Shown piece by piece: positions 50,232 to 60,074 of a DNA stretch of 64,000 nt (position 1 is the stretch's first letter; each line of letters opens with the position of its first letter). The notes below the pieces were generated by a model. It was not told where the DNA came from. It ran no database searches and was given only the letters and a program-made list of their open reading frames with translations. The position numbers and the translations under genes are program-made. Origin of the DNA: Candidatus Poribacteria bacterium (GTDB lineage Bacteria; Poribacteria; WGA-4E; UBA9662); contig JAYGDX010000068.1 in NCBI GenBank assembly GCA_046582655.1, forward strand, positions 64,001 through 128,000. The letters run 5' to 3'.

Positions 50232-51731
50232 ATGTTATTAACATCAATGATTTTTATCCCTTTAGTCGGCATGATTGTTGTCTTGCTTGTCCCGCGAGAT
50301 CGCGAAGATGCGGCAAAGTGGATTGCATTTATGGTCACACTTATCCCGCTGTTTTTAGCTGTTTTACTTTATTTTCAGTATGATCCGACAAGTGCTGAGC
50401 TGCAGGAAAGAGTAGAAACTAGTTGGATCGAAGCATTTAACATTAAATACCACACCGGGGTTGATGGGCTGAGTGTAACGTTGATACTTCTAACCGCTTT
50501 GTTAGGACCAATCTGTGTCGGGGCATCATGGAAAATCGAGAAAGGAATTAAAGCGTATCTTGCTCTGTTCTTGTTGCTTGAAACCGGAATGATTGGATTT
50601 TTCTGTGCCTTGGATTTGTTCCTTTTCTATGTATTCTTTGAATTGACTTTGCTTCCCATGTACTTTCTTATCGGAGTATGGGGAGGACCGAGGCGAGAAT
50701 ATGCGGCAATTAAGTTTTTCCTGTATACTCTTTTTGGTAGCATGTTGATGCTGGTAGCGATGATTGCCGTTTATATCAATAGTAGTGTTGATCCGGGATT
50801 AAGAACATTCGATATTCCAACTCTAATTAATTTGGCAAAAACTTCAGGGCACGCACTAGCGGATCCCACATTCCAAATTTGGGTATTTCTTGGGTTCTTC
50901 ATTGGTTTTGCTGTTAAGGTGCCGATTTTTCCTTTCCATACTTGGCTCCCCGATGCGCACGTTGAGGCTCCTACGGCGATTAGCGTTGTTCTGGCAGCCA
51001 TTCTGCTAAAGATGGGGACTTATGGACTAGTTCGAATTAACTTTGCTATGCTGCCTGCTGGCATGGACTTTTTCACCAATGGTTCAGGCCGTTGGGGGAA
51101 CGCACTTGCTATCCTCGGTGTGATTAACATTATTTATGGTTCTTTGTGTGCGTTGGCACAAACTGATTTCAAGAAGCTAGTCGCCTATTCAAGTATTGGA
51201 CACATGGGATTCGTAATTCTAGGTCTTGCTTCGCGTAACGAAGCAGGTGTGACAGGAGCAATGCTGCAGATGCTGAATCATGGTGTGATTAGCGCGATGT
51301 TGTTTCTTCTGGTTGGTGTTGTCTATGATCGGGCGCATCATCGTGATATTAATGGTTTTGGTGGGTTGGGATCGAAGATGCCAATTTACACAGGCATTAC
51401 AACATTGGCTTTCATGGCATCACTTGGTTTGCCTGGCCTTAGCGGATTCGTGGGGGAAGCACTAACTCTCCTTGGGGCTTACAGCAAGTTTCAGTTACTT
51501 ACAATTTTATCAACCATTGGAATTGTTGTTGGTGCCGCTTACTTCCTCTGGACTCTCCAGCGGGTTTTTCTAGGTGATTTAAATCCTAAATATGAAGCAA
51601 TAGAAGAAATAAACAGACGTGAGATTGCGACACTCATTCCACTGGGAATCCTAACCATTGTACTCGGTATTTGGCCGCATTTTGCGATTGAAATGTTCCG
51701 CAACTCGGTAGCAGGATTACCATTACAATAA
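50232..51731 (+). CDS. nuoM: NADH-quinone oxidoreductase subunit M
   Basis: KVPIFPFHTWLPDAHVEAPT and GLPGLSGFVGE motifs. Confidence 0.97.
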   Translation: MLLTSMIFIPLVGMIVVLLVPRDREDAAKWIAFMVTLIPLFLAVLLYFQYDPTSAELQERVETSWIEAFNIKYHTGVDGLSVTLILLTALLGPICVGASWKIEKGIKAYLALFLLLETGMIGFFCALDLFLFYVFFELTLLPMYFLIGVWGGPRREYAAIKFFLYTLFGSMLMLVAMIAVYINSSVDPGLRTFDIPTLINLAKTSGHALADPTFQIWVFLGFFIGFAVKVPIFPFHTWLPDAHVEAPTAISVVLAAILLKMGTYGLVRINFAMLPAGMDFFTNGSGRWGNALAILGVINIIYGSLCALAQTDFKKLVAYSSIGHMGFVILGLASRNEAGVTGAMLQMLNHGVISAMLFLLVGVVYDRAHHRDINGFGGLGSKMPIYTGITTLAFMASLGLPGLSGFVGEALTLLGAYSKFQLLTILSTIGIVVGAAYFLWTLQRVFLGDLNPKYEAIEEINRREIATLIPLGILTIVLGIWPHFAIEMFRNSVAGLPLQ

Positions 51732-51743
51732 GGGAGATCATTT

Positions 51744-53186
51744 TTGGGGAATCTAGAAAGCATCCGTTATTTTATTCCTGAATTGGTTCTCGTTGTTTTT
51801 GCCATACTTGTGATTTTGTTTGACTTGGTGTCACGAGGTCAAACTGGTAAGGGGATTGCCTATCTTAGCCTTGCTGGTCTCTTGGTTGCAACAATTGCAG
51901 TGTTTATCGTTGGCACTGTGAATCAATCACTCTTCCTAGGCATGATCCGTATTGATGGGTTTGCAACGTTTTTCAAGATCATCGTTCTAATAGCGACAGC
52001 TGTAACTATTATCTTCTCGATGGTTTCCAACGAACTGGATCCAAAAGCTCAAGGGGAATATTACGCACTTTTAATTGCCATTAATCTGGGTATGTTCCTG
52101 ATGGCCTCATCGACAAATATCCTGATGGCCTACCTTTCATTGGAAACTGTCAGTTTGACATCTTATATTCTTGCTGGATTCCTAACACGAAATCCTAGAT
52201 CAAGCGAAGCGGCATTCAAATATATCATCTATGGGGCAATAGCATCGGGGACAATGCTTTTCGGCTTATCCCTCATTTTCGGTATGACTGGAACGACCAG
52301 TATGTTACAGATTGGGCAACAACTTCCCGAGATCGCCTCAGCGTATCCGACGGCAGTTTTAATCTCTATCATCTTCATTTTAGCTGGTGTCGGTTACAAG
52401 ATTGCATCCGTTCCATTCCATATGTGGGCGCCGGATGTTTATGAAGGGGCCCCAATTCCAATCACTGCATTTTTGTCCGTAGCCTCGAAAGCTGCCGGAT
52501 TTGCCCTGTTTATTCGTCTCTTCTATTTTAGTTTTAGAGGAACCAATCTCAACTGGACACTACTGTTATCAATTGTTTCTGCCTTGACAATGACGTTTGG
52601 GAATTTGGCCGCCTTGCCACAACAAAATGTCAAACGCCTACTCGCCTATTCGAGTATTGCCCATGGAGGCTACTTATTGATGGGAGTAGTGTTGTTGTCT
52701 GGTGACGGTATTAAAGCGATCCTCTTCTATTTGACAATCTACATGTTTATGAACTTGGGAGCCTTTTTTGTTGTAATTCTCGTTGCCAAGGAAGTAGGCA
52801 GCGAAGATATCGACGGTTATAAAGGTTTGATTTCACGCGCGCCATTCGTTGCAGTTGCAATGGTGATATTCCTATTCTCGCTGACAGGCATGCCTCCACT
52901 AGCAGGATTTGCGGGGAAATGGGTGCTTTTTGCAGCAGTGTTAGAAAAAAAGCTTTATTGGCTGGCGATTATAGGCGTGCTTAATAGCGTGGTTTCACTG
53001 TACTACTATATCCGAATTGTAAAAGCAATGTTATTTGAAACCTCTGAAGATGCCGAAGTACTTTCTTTCTCAAGGGGTGATATGGCACTGCTAATGGCCT
53101 TTATCGTGCCGACCATTCTGCTTGGTGTTTATTGGAAACCTTATGATTTCCTGAAAGATCTTCCTCTTGATAAGTTTATTGGCTAA
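51744..53186 (+). CDS. nuoN: NADH-quinone oxidoreductase subunit N
   Basis: KIASVPFHMWAPDVYEGAP and GMPPLAGFAGK motifs. Confidence 0.97.
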   Translation: MGNLESIRYFIPELVLVVFAILVILFDLVSRGQTGKGIAYLSLAGLLVATIAVFIVGTVNQSLFLGMIRIDGFATFFKIIVLIATAVTIIFSMVSNELDPKAQGEYYALLIAINLGMFLMASSTNILMAYLSLETVSLTSYILAGFLTRNPRSSEAAFKYIIYGAIASGTMLFGLSLIFGMTGTTSMLQIGQQLPEIASAYPTAVLISIIFILAGVGYKIASVPFHMWAPDVYEGAPIPITAFLSVASKAAGFALFIRLFYFSFRGTNLNWTLLLSIVSALTMTFGNLAALPQQNVKRLLAYSSIAHGGYLLMGVVLLSGDGIKAILFYLTIYMFMNLGAFFVVILVAKEVGSEDIDGYKGLISRAPFVAVAMVIFLFSLTGMPPLAGFAGKWVLFAAVLEKKLYWLAIIGVLNSVVSLYYYIRIVKAMLFETSEDAEVLSFSRGDMALLMAFIVPTILLGVYWKPYDFLKDLPLDKFIG

Positions 53187-53269
53187 ATGTTTTTTGCTTG
53201 GCAGGGTTCAACTCATCGGATTTTGGTCGATGGGTTTTTTCGCTTTTGTGTCAGAGGGTTTCTAGCTAG

Positions 53270-53641
53270 CTAACCGAGAAATATTTCTTCACTACCTGGT
53301 AATATGTGGCTCTGTTTTGTCAGGGTGTTACCGATCTGAAAAAATTTGATGAGATGATTCTTGTTTAGTAACTTTGTTGCTCTAGCGATATCTTTCTGAC
53401 TGCCATGCTCCAACCCTAGGTTAATCATTTCGATGCCGGTTCTAACGTGATGTTTTATCTCGAAGTTTGAACTGAAATCGTCGGCTTTAATGGTTACAAG
53501 TTTGTGGGAGATTTCGGCAACTTCCTGCTTCATCTCTTCAACACGTTCAAGTGATATTTCATCCGTATCGACCCCATGCGATATCACTTTTGCCAAAAAA
53601 AGCTGGCTCTCACACTCGGTAATGTTATTTACGTTACTCAT
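53270..53641 (-). CDS. Hypothetical protein resembling the C-terminal part of DUF6178-type proteins
   Basis: ATG 53641 overlaps the upstream stop; INLGLE...A..LL....L...FQIG motif. Confidence 0.6.
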   Translation of the reverse strand: MSNVNNITECESQLFLAKVISHGVDTDEISLERVEEMKQEVAEISHKLVTIKADDFSSNFEIKHHVRTGIEMINLGLEHGSQKDIARATKLLNKNHLIKFFQIGNTLTKQSHILPGSEEIFLG

Positions 53642-54422
53642 CCTCGTCATCCTTAAGATTGATTTTCTTGAGATCGACAGTTTGGAGAATCTGCTCCTCG
53701 GTAACGTGGACGCCCATCTGGCGATCCTTCTCTTCGACGCGTTGATCCCGTTTTTCTTTTGCTCTTTCAAGCGAGGCTGAGAACTCTGACGCTATATCTT
53801 CTTGATCAAGTCCGAAGACTTCGTACAGCAATCGAGTAAAAAGATTCTCGTCTGCGGCCCAAATCGCGTCTAGGATGTGCTTTGATCTCTCATCCTTGAA
53901 CTGAATTTCCTTCGATGATGGATCGATGGTTCCCGATTCAATCATCAAGGCCAAAAATTCAGAATTAATCTCGAAGCGGCCACGCAACATGGCAGCCAAT
54001 ATGCTAATGTCAATTCGATATAAAAACTGAGACAGATCCTCACAATCGCATAGAGAAAGCTCAAACAACCAAATATCTAGACTTCTCTCATCTAGTTTGC
54101 CGTCCTTCCAAACCGCAATATCTATCATTTCTTCGAATTGGTCAGATGACAAACACGGGATCAGTATTGAGGCGTATCCCGTACCAAGTGATGTACTTAT
54201 AATTTGCAGCATATCCTCAGTTGAACTGAGTTGAATTAATTCCGTACAATCTGGCACGAAATAAAAAAGCTCTTCGCGTTTTCGCGGATCGCGTGTGGAA
54301 GATATAATTTCCAGTTGCTTGTGGGTAGGATATCCCTGAAAAACGAGCTCAGCTTCTTCAATTGGCATTGAGAGAAGTTTATCACTTTCAATTTGTGGTT
54401 CAGAGACTGTAAGGCTATTCAA
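53634..54422 (-). CDS. Acidic hypothetical protein resembling the N-terminal part of DUF6178-type proteins
   Basis: S.DQF..MIDI.VWKDGKLD.....WL motif; consensus promoter directly upstream. Confidence 0.65.
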   Translation of the reverse strand: MNSLTVSEPQIESDKLLSMPIEEAELVFQGYPTHKQLEIISSTRDPRKREELFYFVPDCTELIQLSSTEDMLQIISTSLGTGYASILIPCLSSDQFEEMIDIAVWKDGKLDERSLDIWLFELSLCDCEDLSQFLYRIDISILAAMLRGRFEINSEFLALMIESGTIDPSSKEIQFKDERSKHILDAIWAADENLFTRLLYEVFGLDQEDIASEFSASLERAKEKRDQRVEEKDRQMGVHVTEEQILQTVDLKKINLKDDEDE

Positions 54423-54468
54423 CGATGGTCACGCTTCCAGTGGAAATGGTAAGATGAAACCATGGAGA

Positions 54469-54497
54469 ATTATAACACCTTAAATTGAAGGTGTCAA
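54469..54497 (-). promoter_or_regulatory. Perfect-consensus sigma70 promoter with a dyad across its spacer
   Basis: Minus strand reads TTGACA-ccttcaatttaaggtgt-TATAAT (17-bp spacer); inverted repeat ACACCTT-N6-AAGGTGT. Confidence 0.75.
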
Positions 54498-54510
54498 ACT
54501 CCAAAGCACG

Positions 54511-54539
54511 TTGAAATGAGGGGGTGTGTATTGTAGAAT
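54511..54539 (+). promoter_or_regulatory. Putative sigma70 promoter of lptFG
   Basis: TTGAAA-N17-TAGAAT, back-to-back with the minus-strand promoter. Confidence 0.55.
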
Positions 54540-54575
54540 ATTGCACTATCGCAGTTGCAACAGGAACCATAAAAC

Positions 54576-55751
54576 TTGAAAATTCTGACCAAATATGCGA
54601 TTAAAGAATTTGCCCCGCCTTTCCTAACTTCCCTGTTGTGTTTAACTTCAATCCTGTTGCTTGAGGAAATTTTTCGACTCACTAGATTATTCGTTAAGAA
54701 AGGGATTAGTCCGCTCTACTTGTTTGAACTATTGATCTATGTGCTGCCAGCAACGATTGTCGTTACTATACCGATGTCGACGCTGATTGGTATCCTGATT
54801 GCACTCGGACGGCTTTCAACAGACAATGAAATTACCGCTATGCGTGCCCATGGAGTAAGTTTCCAACAGCTTCTTGCCCCCATGTTGGTTACCTCCGTCT
54901 TCTTGAGCATTACTGATCTTATCTTTATGGACTATGCACTTCCTCACGGGAATGCAGCATATTCTTCGCTTAAACGTGATATCAGTCGAAAGAATCCCAC
55001 ATTTGTTCTGGAAGAAGGTGTGGTTATGAAAGAAATGGAGGGTAAAGGAAAGATCTGGATGTTCGAAAGGATCCATCCTGAGACTGGCCGCTTACTGGAC
55101 GTCAAACTTTGGGATGCTATTTGGTCTGGTCAACCGCGTTTCGTCCAATCCAAGCAGGCTGTTTTGTTATTTGAGAAGACGCATGCTTGGCTCAATCTTT
55201 ATGACGGTCGAACTTACGAGATAGTACCTGGTAAGCCGGAGGCTTATCGCGTAACATCCTTTGAAGAGAATCGGATATTATTAGATGTGGTTGAGGATAT
55301 CAAACGATCAGAATTTGAATCGCAGAGCCCAAGAAGCATGTCAATTGCCAAGTTACGAAAGCGCATTCACGAGCTGAGAAAACAGGTTAAGCAAAACGAT
55401 GAAAAATCTTATCAAGCCATTCAACTGCGTTATGCTCAAGTTGAATACCACAAGAAGTTTTCTATTCCCTTTGCTTGCCTGTTTTTTGCTCTGATTGGTG
55501 TCCCACTTGGATTGATGGTCAAAAAGAGTGGACGGATGGTCGGCCTTGGTATTGGACTGACACTTATTGTTGTTTATTACTTGTTGCTACAACTGGGTCA
55601 AAGTTTAGGGGTAAACGGCAAAATGACAGCTTGGGTTGCCATGTGGACACCTAATATTTTTACTGGCTTTATTGGGCTCATGTTTTTGATTCGATCGATC
55701 ATTGAAGATAAAGTCAACAAAATTCAAACCCTTTCTGGAGAGGTGGATTGA
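54576..55751 (+). CDS. lptF: LPS export ABC transporter permease LptF
   Basis: GRLSTDNEITAMRAHGVS, EYHKKFSIPFAC and AMWTPN motifs. Confidence 0.88.
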   Translation: MKILTKYAIKEFAPPFLTSLLCLTSILLLEEIFRLTRLFVKKGISPLYLFELLIYVLPATIVVTIPMSTLIGILIALGRLSTDNEITAMRAHGVSFQQLLAPMLVTSVFLSITDLIFMDYALPHGNAAYSSLKRDISRKNPTFVLEEGVVMKEMEGKGKIWMFERIHPETGRLLDVKLWDAIWSGQPRFVQSKQAVLLFEKTHAWLNLYDGRTYEIVPGKPEAYRVTSFEENRILLDVVEDIKRSEFESQSPRSMSIAKLRKRIHELRKQVKQNDEKSYQAIQLRYAQVEYHKKFSIPFACLFFALIGVPLGLMVKKSGRMVGLGIGLTLIVVYYLLLQLGQSLGVNGKMTAWVAMWTPNIFTGFIGLMFLIRSIIEDKVNKIQTLSGEVD

Positions 55752-56809
55752 GGATACTAGACTACTATATTCTAAAAGAATATCTGCGTGCTTTTCTATT
55801 AGGGCTTGTATTCTTAACCGCATTGGTGGTTGTGGTTCGTTTGCTAGACAAGGATATCAAAAAGTTCGAAGATGATCTGTCATATTGGTCAGTTGTCAAG
55901 ATTGTTTTCTACCGAATGCCAAGACGAATTGCGGAGATTATGCCGGTTGCCGGTTTTTTAGCAGTCTTCTTTGTTCTGGGACGCATGGTAGGTGATAATC
56001 AGATCTTGGCAATGAAATCCGCCGGAATAAATGTATCTCGCATCGTTATACCAATTATAGTATCAACTTTGATTATTTGTTTTGTTTTCGCAGTTTTTTA
56101 CAATAAGGTTGCTTCGCCAGCTTACCATCTGGCATATCAACTAGAAAGGAAAATCCCACTTCGTCTAAACCGCAATATTATCTTCAAAGGCATAGATGGA
56201 AATCTATTTTATATGTTTAACCTTAATCTTGAGGATGAAGTCATCGATCGAATGACTATTTATGAATTTGACGATGATAGGGATCTAAAGAAGGAGACTT
56301 TTGCTAGCACGGTGAGTTGGACTCCAGGAAAATGGAATTTAGCTGAAGGATTTATTCGTCAGTTTGACAATGGCATGGAAATATCATTTAGTCGGTTTGA
56401 ATCTAAACAGATTGATAGATTTGAAAACCCATCGCAGTTTGCCAGGAGTCTTAAGGACCTACGCGGAATGACGATCAAGGAGCTTAGTCAACAGATAGCT
56501 TACAAGAAAAGTGCCCGCCAAGCGACTCGACGTGAAGAGGTACGGTTGCATCATAAGATGGCATATCCGTTTGCCGGATTTGTTGTCGTGTTGATAGCTG
56601 CACCGATAGCTATCCGCTTTGGTCGGGTTGGGTTTTTTGCTGGATTGGTAATTGCGTTTTTCCTCAATTTTATCTATTGGGGAATTTCCTTCGCCACGTT
56701 TGAGGGGCTTAGTGAAGGTGGGAAACTCCATCCGATTATTGCTTGTTGGGGTGCAAATGTGATCTACGGAGTTATCGGTATTGTCTTATTGTGGAGAGCC
56801 CCTAAATGA
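55748..56809 (+). CDS. lptG: LPS export ABC transporter permease LptG
   Basis: MRILDYYI, DNQILAMKSAGI, KMAYPF and ACWGAN motifs; tandem with lptF. Confidence 0.88.
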   Translation: MRILDYYILKEYLRAFLLGLVFLTALVVVVRLLDKDIKKFEDDLSYWSVVKIVFYRMPRRIAEIMPVAGFLAVFFVLGRMVGDNQILAMKSAGINVSRIVIPIIVSTLIICFVFAVFYNKVASPAYHLAYQLERKIPLRLNRNIIFKGIDGNLFYMFNLNLEDEVIDRMTIYEFDDDRDLKKETFASTVSWTPGKWNLAEGFIRQFDNGMEISFSRFESKQIDRFENPSQFARSLKDLRGMTIKELSQQIAYKKSARQATRREEVRLHHKMAYPFAGFVVVLIAAPIAIRFGRVGFFAGLVIAFFLNFIYWGISFATFEGLSEGGKLHPIIACWGANVIYGVIGIVLLWRAPK

Positions 56810-56825
56810 TAGGGAAGTTAGGCTA

Positions 56826-57404
56826 ATGATAAAAAAGATAGGAACCGCCTTTTTTGAGTTAAGGAGTTATACTCCAATTCCACTCATCCTGCTAGCGGTC
56901 TACTTTGCACAACTGTCTTGGATTTTGACAATAGTTGGTGTTTTAGTATTGTTGATTGGTGAGTTGATGCGAATTTGGGCGGTGGGCTACGCTGGTGGTC
57001 GAACTCGTACGCGATCCATGAGTGATAGTTGTGTTCTTGTTACGTCCGGACCATACGCATACAGCCGAAATCCGCTTTACCTGGGAAATTTCCTGATCAG
57101 TCTCGGCGTTTGCGTCATAGCAAACGTTTGGTGGCTGACGATCGTGGTCCCCGTTGCTTTTTTTCTTCAGTACTTGCCCATTATTTTGTCCGAGGAGAAC
57201 CATTTACGCCAACAGTGCGGTGAGGTATATGAAGATTATCTTAAAGTTGTCCCTCGGCTTGGTTTCCGATTTCAGGCCTATGGGAATCGATCGAATCACT
57301 ACTTTTCGCTCTCGCGTGCCCTCCGGAGTGAGCGTCGCACATTCGTGGCCATATTGTTAGTCATTGTCTTAATCAGTGGGTTTTCTCAATTGAAAATTGC
57401 ATAG
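56826..57404 (+). CDS. ICMT/PEMT-family membrane methyltransferase
   Basis: LVTSGPYAYSRNPLYLGNFL and EE..L....G..YEDY...VPR motifs. Confidence 0.85.
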   Translation: MIKKIGTAFFELRSYTPIPLILLAVYFAQLSWILTIVGVLVLLIGELMRIWAVGYAGGRTRTRSMSDSCVLVTSGPYAYSRNPLYLGNFLISLGVCVIANVWWLTIVVPVAFFLQYLPIILSEENHLRQQCGEVYEDYLKVVPRLGFRFQAYGNRSNHYFSLSRALRSERRTFVAILLVIVLISGFSQLKIA

Positions 57405-57501
57405 ATCTGTGCTAAACTGGCAAAATTGTTAGGTAATTTGATGGTTTATGTGCTTAGACGATGTCAGAAGTCAAACGGAAGATTGGGAGAGGAAGAACAC
57501 A

Positions 57502-58260
57502 ATGCGGTCTTTAGAAATTTTTTGCTTAGTTGGCTTGATCTGTGTTTTTGTCGGATGTGGTGCTAAACCAGAAATTGACATCTACATAGAGCCAGTTGCA
57601 GGTCGGGAAGGAATAGAAATAAACCAGAAATTAGGTAGCGTGGCTATTGAACAAAATGGCGTTGCTATCATGATTGAACCACTTGATGAAGTTGAAGTTT
57701 ATGAGTTGGTGGCTGAGGATGAGATTAACCCTTACCTGAGGATTGGGCGCTGGGGGCGGGTTGATCCATTATACACTGTGTTTGAGATTCGCGTTAAGAA
57801 CTTAGATCATCCAAGAGTTGCTATCGATAACATGGCTATCTTGATCGACGAAGATGGTACGCAATATGGATCATTGCCTTATGATTATTTTAAGGATTTA
57901 TACAAAAATGCCAGAACAACAAACGTTTACCGATATGCTTATCCCTACCGGTATCAGTATGGGCGTTTTAACAACCCGTATTACGATCCGTACTATGATA
58001 ATCGAATGTACCGAACTACGAGTGGGGGTAGCCAGGAAGTACAGAGCGCCCAAATGGTTGCCAGAGAGACAGTTTTTGATGGTGGGAAGATATTTCGAAA
58101 TGGACAAAGATCCGGGTTGCTGGTTTTTGATCTGCTTGACCGAGATGCCAAGGATCTTAAGTTGATTGTGCCAGAGGTGATGATCTTTGATCAAGATCGG
58201 TTGAAAACCAAAATAGACTTTGCATTCGACTTCCGACAGATTATAGGAGAAAGGAAATAA
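57502..58260 (+). CDS. Hypothetical lipoprotein
   Basis: GAGG before ATG 57502; lipobox VFVGC; Tyr-rich internal segment. Confidence 0.75.
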   Translation: MRSLEIFCLVGLICVFVGCGAKPEIDIYIEPVAGREGIEINQKLGSVAIEQNGVAIMIEPLDEVEVYELVAEDEINPYLRIGRWGRVDPLYTVFEIRVKNLDHPRVAIDNMAILIDEDGTQYGSLPYDYFKDLYKNARTTNVYRYAYPYRYQYGRFNNPYYDPYYDNRMYRTTSGGSQEVQSAQMVARETVFDGGKIFRNGQRSGLLVFDLLDRDAKDLKLIVPEVMIFDQDRLKTKIDFAFDFRQIIGERK

Positions 58261-58342
58261 TCTTCGAGAAATAGTTGTTTAACATGTCGGTATATGTGAG
58301 ATAATTGGAATCTAATTTAGACCGGGGGATCACCAAAAATCG

Positions 58343-59983
58343 ATGTATGGCAATAGAAAAATATTAGCAGGAGTCTTGATCCTTGTTTTTGCGTTAGTTT
58401 CGTGGGCAATACCTGTCTGGTCAAATGGAAACGAGGATAATGTAGAGGCAGCCCCCTCGTTTCTCGCTAGAGTTAATAGTAAGATTTTTAAGGTGCTGTT
58501 TTTCGACGTTACACGTGGCTTTGTGCAGATCGATGAAGTGGATCGGGATGAGAATCCTGTTTTAGATGACTCCGGAACAGCAAAGAAGAAGACCGTCCAA
58601 GTTCCGTTTATTGTGCTAGTACTGATTTTGGGGGCTATCTTTTTTACCTTCTGGTATCGATGGATTAATATCCGCGGCTTTGAACACGCCATTGACGTTA
58701 TTCGAGGGAAACATGATAAACCGGAAGACACCGGGGAAATCTCTCATTTCCGTGCTTTAACAAGTGCACTTTCCGCTACAGTTGGTTTAGGCAATATTGC
58801 TGGTGTAGCTGTTGCCATTCAACTGGGAGGTCCTGGTGCCGTTTTTTGGATGCTGATTGCCGCGGTGTTTGGCATGAGCGCGAAATTCAGTAGTTGTACC
58901 TTGTCTCAAATGTACCGAAAGATTAATGCTGATGGAACAATCTCAGGAGGGCCAATGTATTACCTCGACATTGGTTTGAGTGGCAGTAGATATAAAGTTT
59001 TAAAAGTTTTAGGCAAAGCACTAGCGGTTATGTACGCACTAATGATTATGGGTGGAGCTATTGGTGGAGGAAACATGTTTCAGGCCAATCAAACGGCCGA
59101 GGCATTTGCAAGCACTTTTGGCATTTCTGACATTGGGACTTGGAACTGGGTAATTGGAATTATACTGGCAATTGGAGTTGGAGTCGTAATCATCGGAGGA
59201 ATAAAACGTATTGGAGCAGCTACTTCCAAGATCGTTCCTTTTATGTGTGGTATTTATGTTTTAGCTTCACTCTTTATTATCCTGACCCATATTAGTCAGA
59301 TTCCTGAAACAATTCGTCTGATTTTTACTATGGCTTTTACTAAGAATGCTTACTATGGGGGGCTCTTCGGTGTGCTCGTTATGGGAGTGAGGCGTGCCGC
59401 CTTTTCCAACGAGGCTGGACTTGGTAGTGCCGCTATCGCTCATGCTGCAGCTAAGACAGAAGAACCTGTTCGGGAAGGTATCGTAGGTATGATTGGTCCT
59501 TTCATTGACACTATTATAGTCTGTTTCATGACTGCCATGGTGGTTATCATCACAGGTACGTGGAACGATCCCAGCATCTCTCAGTCGGCTGGTGTTACCC
59601 TAACAACAGAAGCGTTTGGAAGTGTTATTGGCTGGTTTCCATATATTCTGACGCTTTGTATAGGGCTCTTTGCCTATTCAACCATGATTTCTTGGTGTTA
59701 CTACGGAGAAAGGGGATGGATCTACTTGCTAGATCATATTGGGGAAGAAGGGGTCGGTCTTAAAACAGTTGTCTTGTTTAGAATTATTTTCGTTATTTTT
59801 ATTATTGTTGGGGCTGTCAATAAATTGAGTGATGTATTAGATTTTTCGGATGCTATGATCTTTAGCATGGCCTTTCCCAACATCGTGGGTAGTATCTTCC
59901 TTGCCCCAAAAGTTCTAGAAAAAGTCAGGGATTATTGGGGGCGTTACCAGTCTGGAGAAATGAGTCCAGCGGAAAGTAATTGA
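58343..59983 (+). CDS. Alanine/glycine:cation symporter (AGCS family)
   Basis: ALSATVGLGNIAGVA, GGPGAVFWM, FSNEAGLGSA and GPFIDT motifs. Confidence 0.95.
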   Translation: MYGNRKILAGVLILVFALVSWAIPVWSNGNEDNVEAAPSFLARVNSKIFKVLFFDVTRGFVQIDEVDRDENPVLDDSGTAKKKTVQVPFIVLVLILGAIFFTFWYRWINIRGFEHAIDVIRGKHDKPEDTGEISHFRALTSALSATVGLGNIAGVAVAIQLGGPGAVFWMLIAAVFGMSAKFSSCTLSQMYRKINADGTISGGPMYYLDIGLSGSRYKVLKVLGKALAVMYALMIMGGAIGGGNMFQANQTAEAFASTFGISDIGTWNWVIGIILAIGVGVVIIGGIKRIGAATSKIVPFMCGIYVLASLFIILTHISQIPETIRLIFTMAFTKNAYYGGLFGVLVMGVRRAAFSNEAGLGSAAIAHAAAKTEEPVREGIVGMIGPFIDTIIVCFMTAMVVIITGTWNDPSISQSAGVTLTTEAFGSVIGWFPYILTLCIGLFAYSTMISWCYYGERGWIYLLDHIGEEGVGLKTVVLFRIIFVIFIIVGAVNKLSDVLDFSDAMIFSMAFPNIVGSIFLAPKVLEKVRDYWGRYQSGEMSPAESN

Positions 59984-60074
59984 GTTCAACTTTTCAATTT
60001 GAAGAAACAGGGAGAGATAAAGATCTTAAATAATCAAAGGAAACTTAAATAAAAATTAAAGAGAGGTTTAGCTG

